Of a stretch of DNA of 64,000 nucleotides, positions 49,348 through 58,060 are shown one piece after another. A program made the position numbers and the translations under genes. Source of the stretch: an uncultured Gemmatimonadales bacterium. Its GTDB lineage: Bacteria; Gemmatimonadota; Gemmatimonadetes; Longimicrobiales; RSA9. How positions within the stretch are numbered: the stretch's first letter is position 1; the number at the start of each line of letters is the position of its first letter. The notes under the pieces are model-generated. The model had not been told where the DNA came from. It worked only from the letters and a program-made list of their open reading frames with translations, and made no database searches. The stretch covers positions 1-64,000 of the forward strand of contig CAWCUS010000002.1 in assembly GCA_963798845.1 (NCBI GenBank), read 5' to 3'.

Positions 49348-51951
49348 ATGAACGACCAGAAACCCCGTTACCTCTGCATCCACGGGCACTTCTATCAGCC
49401 GCCCCGCGAGAACCCGTGGCTGGAGGCGATCGAGCGCCAGGACTCGGCGTTCCCGTACCACGACTGGAACGCCCGCATCGACGCTGAGTGCTACGGCCCG
49501 AACGCGGTGTCCCGGATCCTGGACGACATGGGCAGGATCCGGGAGCTGGTGAACAACTACGAGCGCATCAGCTTCAACTTCGGGCCCACGCTCCTGCACT
49601 GGATGGAGGACCACGCACCGGCGACGTACCAGGCCGTGCTGGACGCCGATGAGCGCAGCATCGAGCGGTTCAGCGGCCACGGCTCCGCGCTGGCGCAGGT
49701 CTACAACCATGTCATCATGCCTCTCGCGAACGGCCGCGACCGGCGCACGGAGGTGATCTGGGGGATCCGCGACTTCCAGCACCGGTTCGGGCGGAGGCCG
49801 GAGGGGATGTGGCTGGCGGAGACGGCCGCGGACATCCCGACGCTGGAGGCCCTCGCGGAGCACGGGATCCGCTTCACCATCCTGGCGCCGCACCAGGCGG
49901 CGGCGGTCCGCCCGCTGGCGAGAGCCGCGGCGGCGAGCGGAGCCGGCGTGCCCTCGGAGTCAGGGCCGTATGCGCCATCGAAGGGTGGCGACAATGGGGC
50001 GGGAGGGGATGGGAGCAGTCCCGAAGGGGAGTACCTGAACGACGCCGCTGGGGCCGGTGCCCCCCAGGGTGGGGATGCCGCGAGCGAAGCTCCGTGGCAG
50101 GATGTGACGGGGGCGAGGATCGACCCCACCCGCGCGTACCTTTGCCGTCTGCCCAGTGGTCGGGAGATCACGCTCTTCTTCTACGACGGTCCGGTCTCCC
50201 GCGCAGTGGCGTTCGAAGGGCTCCTCCGCAGCGGTGAGACCTTTGCTTCACGGCTGATGGAGATGTTCCAGCCGGATCGCGACTGGCCGCAGCTCGGGCA
50301 CATCGCCACCGATGGGGAGACTTACGGCCACCACCACCGGTACGGGGACATGGCGCTCGCCCGCGCGCTCCAGGCGATCGAGCAGCGCCGGGACGTCCAG
50401 CTGACGAATTACGGAGAGTACCTCGAGCGGCATCCGCCCGTGCACGAGGTTCGGATCCTGGAGTCGACGTCCTGGAGCTGCTCGCACGGGGTGGACCGAT
50501 GGAGAGCGAACTGCGGCTGCAACACGGGCGGGCGCCCGGAGTGGACGCAGGAGTGGCGCGGTCCGCTGCGCGACGCGCTGGACTGGCTGCGGGACGAGCT
50601 CGCGCCGCGCTATGAAGCGGCTGCGTCGGAGCTGGTGGAGGATCCGTGGGCGGCGAGGGACGACTACATCAATGTCATCCTGGATCGGGAGCCGGAGGTG
50701 ATCGACGCCTTCCTCGAGAAGCACGCGTCGCGGGACCTGGACTTCCTCGAGCGTGTCCGGCTGACGAAGCTGCTGGAGCTCCAGCGTCACGCGCTTCTCA
50801 TGTACACCAGCTGCGGTTGGTTCTTCGATGAGCTTTCGGGGATCGAGACGGTGCAGGTGATCGAGTACGCCGCGCGGGTGCTCCAGCTGGCGGAGGATGC
50901 GCTGGAGTACCGGGTGGAAGAGCCGTTCCTCCAGGAGATGCAGGACGCGGTCTCCAACATTCCCGAGCAGGAGAACGGCCGAGCGATCTATGACAGGTCG
51001 GTGCGCGGTTCGCGCGTGGACCTCTCGGAGGTGGGTGCGCACTTCGCCATCTCGTCGCTGTTCGGCGACGCCGCGGAGCAGACCCGGGAGTACTGCTACG
51101 ACATCGACGTGGCGGACGTGGACCAGCAACAGGCAGGGCGCGCGCGCCTCGCCACGGGGCTGATCACCGTGACCTCGCGGGTGACCAAGGAGGTGGCAGT
51201 CCTCAGCTACGGCGTGCTGCATCTGGGCGACCACACCATCCACGCGGGCGTCCGCCCCTTCATCGACGCCAACGCCTTCGACGCCATGCGGGAGGAAGTG
51301 ACGGCGCCGTTCGAGGCGGCGGAGTTCACGGAGACGATCCAGACTCTGGACCGTCACTTCCACAATTCGACCTACAATCTCCGCTCGCTCTTCCAGGACC
51401 AGCGGCGGCAGGTGCTCGATCAGATCATCCAGTCGACGCTGGGCGACGCGGAAGGGGCGTACCGCCAGGTCTACGAGCGCAACGCGCCGCTGATGCGGTT
51501 CCTGCACGACCTTTCCATCCCGATGCCGGCCGCCCTTTCACTGGCCGGTGAGTACGTGATCAACACGAGCCTGCTCCGGGAGGTCTCGAGCGTGGACATG
51601 GACGCAGACCGCGTCCGCTCGCTGCTTCGCGACGCCCGCCGCCGGGAGATCATGCTGGACCGGGAGGGGATCGGGTTCGCGCTCCAGGGCACACTGGAGC
51701 GTATGGCGCTCGAGCTGCTGGCGGAGCCGGACGAGCTGCCGCTGCTGGAGCGGCTGGAAGCCGCGACGCTCCTTGTGAAGGAGTCGCCGTTCGACGTCAA
51801 TCTGTGGACCCTGCAGAACGCGCTCTACGACCTGCGGCGCGACCACTCCGGATCCGTGCGGGCGAACGCGGACGCGGGTGACGCGCGGGCGAAGCGCTGG
51901 CTGACGCATTTCCGCCCGCTTGTCGAAGCGGTGGGCGTGGCGTTCCCCTAG
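49348..51951 (+). CDS. GH57-family glycoside hydrolase with DUF3536-type C-terminus
   Basis: IHGHFYQPPRENPW, SFNFGPTLL, GMWLAET, ATDGETYGHH, SWSCSHG, MYTSCGWFF. Confidence 0.92.
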   Translation: MNDQKPRYLCIHGHFYQPPRENPWLEAIERQDSAFPYHDWNARIDAECYGPNAVSRILDDMGRIRELVNNYERISFNFGPTLLHWMEDHAPATYQAVLDADERSIERFSGHGSALAQVYNHVIMPLANGRDRRTEVIWGIRDFQHRFGRRPEGMWLAETAADIPTLEALAEHGIRFTILAPHQAAAVRPLARAAAASGAGVPSESGPYAPSKGGDNGAGGDGSSPEGEYLNDAAGAGAPQGGDAASEAPWQDVTGARIDPTRAYLCRLPSGREITLFFYDGPVSRAVAFEGLLRSGETFASRLMEMFQPDRDWPQLGHIATDGETYGHHHRYGDMALARALQAIEQRRDVQLTNYGEYLERHPPVHEVRILESTSWSCSHGVDRWRANCGCNTGGRPEWTQEWRGPLRDALDWLRDELAPRYEAAASELVEDPWAARDDYINVILDREPEVIDAFLEKHASRDLDFLERVRLTKLLELQRHALLMYTSCGWFFDELSGIETVQVIEYAARVLQLAEDALEYRVEEPFLQEMQDAVSNIPEQENGRAIYDRSVRGSRVDLSEVGAHFAISSLFGDAAEQTREYCYDIDVADVDQQQAGRARLATGLITVTSRVTKEVAVLSYGVLHLGDHTIHAGVRPFIDANAFDAMREEVTAPFEAAEFTETIQTLDRHFHNSTYNLRSLFQDQRRQVLDQIIQSTLGDAEGAYRQVYERNAPLMRFLHDLSIPMPAALSLAGEYVINTSLLREVSSVDMDADRVRSLLRDARRREIMLDREGIGFALQGTLERMALELLAEPDELPLLERLEAATLLVKESPFDVNLWTLQNALYDLRRDHSGSVRANADAGDARAKRWLTHFRPLVEAVGVAFP

Positions 51952-52052
51952 GGGCCGCGCTCACCGTTTGGCTCTCGCGAGGCCCCGCGCGCCCCCTGGC
52001 CGCCCAGGGCCCCCCGGGCCCCCGGGCCCCCCGACGCCCCCTGGGCCTCCGC

Positions 52053-53369
52053 CTACCGGAACGACAGCGCGAGCCCGAGCGCCGCCAGGGTCTGGTCGCC
52101 GAAGTCGTCGTGCCGGGTCGCCGCGGCGCCGTTGATCTGGAACGCGCCGAGATGCACCCCGAGCCCGCCGGCGAGCTGATATCCGCCGGAGACGGCGGAT
52201 ACGCCAGCCTGGAGCGGAAGGAAAGGTAGGATGGTGAGCTCGGCCCCGAGGCCGGCGTGGGTGCGCGCGCCGACGTGCAGGTCGTCGCCGAAGGCGTGCC
52301 TCAGGTCTCCCGTGACCGTCAGATAGGGGAGCACTCGGGCGGCAGCACCGGCGGCGAGCACGGGCGAGAACGTGAACAGGTCGTCGATCCGGCGAGCGAC
52401 GTCGCCGGGGAGCGGCCCGTCGCCCGGCACCAGGTCGAAGCTGGTATAGGACGTGTCGGCCGTCCACACCGCCGCGCCCGCCCGATACTCCACGTTCGAC
52501 GTGTCCCACTCGAAGGTGTTGAACAGGTTCTGGAGGACGACGCCGGCCGAGAAGATCCCGCCCTGCCAGGCCGCGCCGACGTCCATCCCGACGCCGCGCC
52601 CGTTGTCGAAGAACTGGCTCTCGCCGGCCTCGCGGGCGCTGTCCGAGAGGGGCGAGCTGACCACCGGGAAGTGGATGGTCACGGCCACCGGGTCGCTGGT
52701 GATGCTGCCTCCCTCCTCCTGTCCGGAGATGAAGAAGTTGCCGACCGTGTACTTCAGCGTGACGCCCAGGGCGAAATGCTGGTCGGGTAGTGATCCCAGG
52801 CGGAGCGCCAGCGGAGCTGCGAAGCTGGCGGCGATCGTGCTCGTTCCCGCCATGTCGAATCGGGACCCGGCGAGGGTGTAGTCGCCCGGCTCACCCGAGA
52901 GGCCGGCGTTGCCGAACAGGAGCAGCTCGGCGACGTCCGGGGCGAGATTGATGCGCCCGCGGAGACTGGTGGAAGCGGACAGCGCGAAGTGGCCGGCGCT
53001 GAACGCCACGTAGGTGACGTCGCCGCCGAGGTCACCCTTCTCGCCGCCATCGCCGCGGATGGCGTCGAGCCAGGCGAGCTTGACGTCCCGCGGAATCAGC
53101 TCGCCTCCGTAGTCGGCCAGGTCACCGGTTGTCACGGGCCCCACGCCGACCATGCCGACGATAGGGATCACCGTGACGGAGGTCTCCGGGTTGTCCGGCA
53201 TCCCGAGCCCCGCCGGGTTCCAAGCGGGCGCGGAGAAGCCGCGGGCGAGGGCCGTGTAGTTTTCGCCGAGGCCGAGGGCGCGAGCCGAGGGGTTGCCAAC
53301 CTGGGCGCTGGCGGCGGCGGGCAAGGCAAGGGCGAGCGCCGCGGCGGCGCCGAAGCAGAGAGCGCGCAT
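52053..53369 (-). CDS. Secreted protein, probable outer-membrane beta-barrel
   Basis: Signal peptide; SARALGLG..WNPAGL motif of FadL/PorV/TraF-like barrels; amphipathic strands; ends LALSFR. Confidence 0.7.
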   Translation of the reverse strand: MRALCFGAAAALALALPAAASAQVGNPSARALGLGENYTALARGFSAPAWNPAGLGMPDNPETSVTVIPIVGMVGVGPVTTGDLADYGGELIPRDVKLAWLDAIRGDGGEKGDLGGDVTYVAFSAGHFALSASTSLRGRINLAPDVAELLLFGNAGLSGEPGDYTLAGSRFDMAGTSTIAASFAAPLALRLGSLPDQHFALGVTLKYTVGNFFISGQEEGGSITSDPVAVTIHFPVVSSPLSDSAREAGESQFFDNGRGVGMDVGAAWQGGIFSAGVVLQNLFNTFEWDTSNVEYRAGAAVWTADTSYTSFDLVPGDGPLPGDVARRIDDLFTFSPVLAAGAAARVLPYLTVTGDLRHAFGDDLHVGARTHAGLGAELTILPFLPLQAGVSAVSGGYQLAGGLGVHLGAFQINGAAATRHDDFGDQTLAALGLALSFR

Positions 53370-54427
53370 CAGCCAACCTCCGCCGTGTCGCCAATCAGGA
53401 GCACAGCGTTCAGCTCGATCGCCACACGGATCCTGTCGGTCGGGTGAAGCGTGACGGACCCCGTCTGGCTCGTGCCCGTTCCGGTGGCGGTGATCCGAAC
53501 GTCCGGGCTCGACAGCAGACTGCGGAGCTGCTCCGGGGTGAAGTCCACCCGCACCTGCTGCTCGCCCGGCTGGAGCGGCACGGTCCTGCGGATGGTGCCG
53601 TCGGCCACGCCGAAGTCGAGGACGAGGGAGCCGGACACCGCCAACGGGTTGTCGGTCGACAGGATCAGCGCCCCCGACTGGACGTGGCTCACGATGGTCG
53701 AGTCCACGTCCAGGTTCGCGGTCTGGCTGTACGGCCCGAACGCGCGCGTGTCCAGGGGCACCGTGGCGCCGGAGAACTGCAGCGTTCCGGGCGACAGCGT
53801 GACCTTCAGGCCGTCATCCGCGCCGACGCTCACCGGGCCTCCGGCGGGCGAGTACACGATCACGTCGAAACCGAGCTGCCCGGTGACCGTGGCGGGCTCC
53901 AGCTCGAGCGACGGACGGAGCGTGTCCGCTGCCGTGAAGCGCGCGTCCGCCCCGTCGATGCTGTCCTGCGCGACCAGAACGCCGTCGCTGGTCACGCGCA
54001 CCACGACATAGCCGTGCCCGGTCGCGCCGGGCGGCGACAGAGGATCGAACTCCAGCGTGTGCGTGATGGCCATGGCCACCGACCCGCCGGCCACCTCGGC
54101 GGAGACCAGGTCGGTGGCCAGCGTGGTGGTGGCGGTGAGCGTTTGGCGGAACTGCGGTTTCACGGGCAGGGTCCCGGTCCCGGGGCACAGCCCGCCGCAC
54201 AGGCTGGCGAGGGACACCGACACCGCAGTGCCGGGATAACTCACGACGAAGCGGCTGCTGTCCGGGCTCAACCCGATGCCGTCCGGCAGGAAATCGGCCG
54301 TGCCGACCGTCACCGAGTCGAGCGCCACCTGCCATTCCTGCTCGAGGAGCGGCGCCTCGGTGGGAACATCGCACGCCACGGCGAATGCGGCGGCAGCTGC
54401 GAGCGTCGCGAGGCATCGTCGCGTCAT
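53369..54427 (-). CDS. Hypothetical beta-rich lipoprotein
   Basis: AVAC lipobox; Thr/Val-rich; TGATG coupling to the barrel gene. Confidence 0.75.
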   Translation of the reverse strand: MTRRCLATLAAAAAFAVACDVPTEAPLLEQEWQVALDSVTVGTADFLPDGIGLSPDSSRFVVSYPGTAVSVSLASLCGGLCPGTGTLPVKPQFRQTLTATTTLATDLVSAEVAGGSVAMAITHTLEFDPLSPPGATGHGYVVVRVTSDGVLVAQDSIDGADARFTAADTLRPSLELEPATVTGQLGFDVIVYSPAGGPVSVGADDGLKVTLSPGTLQFSGATVPLDTRAFGPYSQTANLDVDSTIVSHVQSGALILSTDNPLAVSGSLVLDFGVADGTIRRTVPLQPGEQQVRVDFTPEQLRSLLSSPDVRITATGTGTSQTGSVTLHPTDRIRVAIELNAVLLIGDTAEVG

Positions 54428-54577
54428 GATGGGTTCGGCTCCTGATCCGGATGTGTCGCGCCTGAAGAGCATGCATGGGAGAGAGAGCAAATGATAAACC
54501 GGTCGAGCCGGCAGCGTCAACGCGCGACCGGGGGGCGGGGGGTGGCTTCGGGCAGCAGCAGACGGGCGACTCGGTGG

Positions 54578-55114
54578 TCAGCGAGGCGGCGCGACTTCAC
54601 CCCACGACGACGGCGAGGTCCCGGGCTCGCCGGCGATCCATACCCGCCGGCCGACGAGCGCCCGGAGCCCGGCCGGAGCCTCGCCGAACCGGACGCGGTG
54701 GCCGTCGCCGGTGGCGAGCACGGCGGCGCCGCCATCGAGCTCGAGGACGCCGTCGACGACGGGCATGTCGGCCACCTTCTCGACCCGGAACCATCGGACG
54801 CGCAGCTCGTCGTCGCGGCGGTCGCCGACCACGACCGCTTCCGCGCGGGAAAGGGAGAGGAGCGAGTCGGCGACGGGGCCGGTGAGGCGAACGCGGGCGT
54901 CGTCGGTCCGCAACTCGACGCGGGGAAGCGGATCGGCGCCCGTGACCAGGATCATCCCGGAAAGCGTGTCCCGCGCCTGCGGCGCGAGCTCGGCGGGGCG
55001 GCCGCCGGCGCGGCAGCCCGGGGCCACGAGTCCCAGCGCACCGGCCAGGAGGAGGCCGATCACCGGACCGCCGGCGGGCCGGACCCGCGGGAAGGGAGGG
55101 CGGGGACGCATCAT
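54578..55114 (-). CDS. Hypothetical exported protein/lipoprotein
   Basis: Hydrophobic leader ending APGC; ATGA overlap with upstream stop. Confidence 0.65.
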   Translation of the reverse strand: MMRPRPPFPRVRPAGGPVIGLLLAGALGLVAPGCRAGGRPAELAPQARDTLSGMILVTGADPLPRVELRTDDARVRLTGPVADSLLSLSRAEAVVVGDRRDDELRVRWFRVEKVADMPVVDGVLELDGGAAVLATGDGHRVRFGEAPAGLRALVGRRVWIAGEPGTSPSSWGEVAPPR

Positions 55115-57940
55115 TGCACCCTCACGATGGCAAGGCCGAGGTTGGAGGGCGTGCTGCCGCCCGAGGGGGAGAGGATCTGGAGCAGCTGCCCGCCGGGGAA
55201 CGCACCGGAGAGCTCGAAGATCGAAGCGCTGCCGCCGCGCACGCCGCTCACGTCCACGGTGAAGTCGCCGAAGGAGAGCGCGTGGGTCGAGAGAGGCCAC
55301 GGCGTGGGGTAGTTGCTGGCCACGCTGGAGTTCGCGTAATCCTCGTGCATGCCGTCGAAGATGTCGCGCGTGTCCCAGCCCGGGAGGCCGAGCGCGGCGC
55401 GCTGCGGCGAGACGCCCGATGGGTGGTCGTCCACGGCCATGGCCAGGCTGAAGTCGGCCAGGAGGTCGCGGAAGCTGCGCCCGGTGCGGGCGATGATGTT
55501 GGCCACGCCGGTGGCGTACCGTTCGTCGACCATGGCCTTGATGAACTGGGCTTCATCCCGCCCGGACTGGTCGATCGCCCAGCGGACGAAGAGCCAGCCG
55601 CTGCCGTAGAAGGACCAGTCGCCGGATACGGCGCGGCCCAGTGGAGAGAGCCCCTCGATGCCCTGGTAGTACGTGTTCAGCCCAGCGAAGTGGTTCCCCA
55701 TGATGAGCGGATACGGGTCGCACTCGGGCCAGTTGGGGCCGACCCGGCGCTCGCAGTAGATGCTCTCGTGATAGCCGACGTTGGACGTCCGGGTGAAGCC
55801 GAACAGAGCGCGGGCGTAGTACTCCTCCGCGAGCCTCGCCGTGGACTCCTCCAGCCACTGCTCCTCCCAGTTGGCGGTTCCGCTGCCCGCGGCCACCAGC
55901 TTGTGGGCGTACGAAGTGATGTGCTTGACCTCGTGGATGACGGTGGACCTCATCCCCCAGCGCCATGCCAGGATCGAGTTGCCGTCATAGCCGCTGCTGG
56001 GGTCCGTGGGCACGCGGCCGTAAAACATTCTCCGTGGCATTGCTCGCGGGGCACTGGATCCGGGTGAAGAAGTCTCCGGAGAACACGAAACCTTCCACGC
56101 CCGCGGTGAAGTCGTTGACGTTCTTCGAGAAGAGCATGAAGAACCGGCCATCGCCGTCCAGGTGGCTGTCGTAGACCAGCGGGTCACCGAAGTACTGCAG
56201 GAGCACCGGGTACATGACCTGATCGAACTCCTGTCCGAGCCTCGCCCAGGCCGTGTCCATGGTGCCGGCCAGCGGGGCGGCCGTGTCCTCCCAGACGACC
56301 CCCTTCGTTCCCGAATAGGCCACGCGCGCCGTGACCGTTGCGTAGTCGCTGCACAGCTGGTCTCCGTCGATGTTCGGGATCCGGAACGTGCGGACGTCGC
56401 CCGGCTGCGGTGCGGTGGCCGACGCAGTGGCGCGGGCCGAGACCGCCCCGTCGGCGGACGTCTGAATCCGCGTCCCCGGCCACCCCAGCGTGCGCAGCAG
56501 CCGCTGGTTCGCGTCCAGCATCCGGAGGTGCCCGCGGGCTTGGGGGTTGTCCGGGAGCGTGACCGCGGCAGGCTCGATGCTGAGGAAGCGGCGGGCGCCA
56601 GCGCCGGCCGCGCGCAGAGCCGCGCCGGGGGCGTCGGCGGTGCCCTTGAGCTCGAACCCGGTGAACACGCTCAGCGACGGGCTGGCGTTGAACACGGTTG
56701 CGACGTAGTGCCCGTCCGCCGTGAGCTCGTTGCACGCCGCGGCGCCGCCATGGAAGACCACCGACTCGCCCACTGCGAGGGCGTGGCGCTCCGCTCCGGC
56801 CACGGGGTGCGCCAGCGTGGCCGCGAGGTCGTTGACCGAGACCACCACGTCCATGTCCGTCTGCGGGCCGCACGGGAACGCGCCGGGCGCGGGCATGACG
56901 GCGCGGATCTCGGTGCTGGTGGCGCTCTGGACGGTGGCGGGGATGCCGCCCACGGTGACCGCGATCGCGGACAGGCTCGAGGAGAAGCCAGTGCCCGTGA
57001 TGGTGGCCGTGTCGCCCGCGCCGAGCACGGCGGGGAGGATGGCCGAGATCTCCGGCTTCGGGCCGGATCGCACGCGCGCGTTCGCCTCGGCGGTGAACGA
57101 CCCGGCGCTGGCGGTGATCACGGCGTCGCCCGGGCCGATCCCGCGCACGGTGCCCCCGGCGTCCACCGTGGCAACGCTCTCATCGGAGCTGCTCCAGGTG
57201 GTGGCCATGGTGGTGTCCACGGCGTTGCCCCGGGCGTCGGCCGGCGTCGCCGTCATGTTCACCGAGTCGCCGGTCGTCAGCGCGGGCGCGGGCGGGTCCA
57301 GGCGCAGCCCGGTCACAACCTGGTCGACGACGACCCGCGCGGTGTCGGTGAGCGGACCGTTCACGACCACGATCAGGGCGCTCCCCTCTGCACGCGCCAC
57401 GACCGTCCCGGCGTTCACGCTGGCGACTTCCGGCGCGGTCGAGATCCAGGTCAGCCCGGAGGTGGACGTGTGGTTGTCGTAGCTGTCGCGGCCGTCCGCG
57501 TGGATGTGGAGCGTGTCGCCCAGGGAGGTGAGGGTCGTGTCCTGAATGTCCAGGACCACGGCCGCCGCCGGACCGGGGCTGACATACGTGTCGAACACGG
57601 CCTGGAGTGACCCCACCGTGGCCGTGAGCTGCTGCTGTCCGGAGACGGTGCCGAGCGTCCAGCGGGTGGCCGCCACCCCGCGACCGTCGGTGGCGCCGCG
57701 GGAGGGGGTGGCGCTGCCGGCTGTCGCGCTCCACGACACCTCCACGCCTTCCACCCCGCGCCCGTCCTTGTCGGTGACGGTGATGGCGACCGAGTCGACC
57801 ATGCCGCCCACGACGAGACCGCCCGGGATCGCGCGCTTCTGGATGGAGGCGGGCGGACCGGAGCTGGGGCCGGTGCTGTCGCACGCCGACAGGAGCACGA
57901 CCCCCGCGAGAAGGGTCAGGCCGAGAGCCGCACTGCGCAT
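55111..57940 (-). CDS. Lipoprotein with Ig-like/IPT domains and C-terminal HExxH metallopeptidase, +1 frameshift at ~56028
   Basis: LSAC lipobox; Big-type WSSSDESVATVD repeats; IPT TITGTGF; STVIHEVKH..WLEE. Confidence 0.82.
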
Positions 57941-58060
57941 GGAAGTTCCTCTGGTTCCGCTGGGATCCTGCGGCGCACGGGGGCGCCTCCCGGAAGAATG
58001 TAGAAGGACGATAGCCCCCGGCGGTGGGCAGCGGAAGGCCGCCGCCGGGGGCGGGACCGT

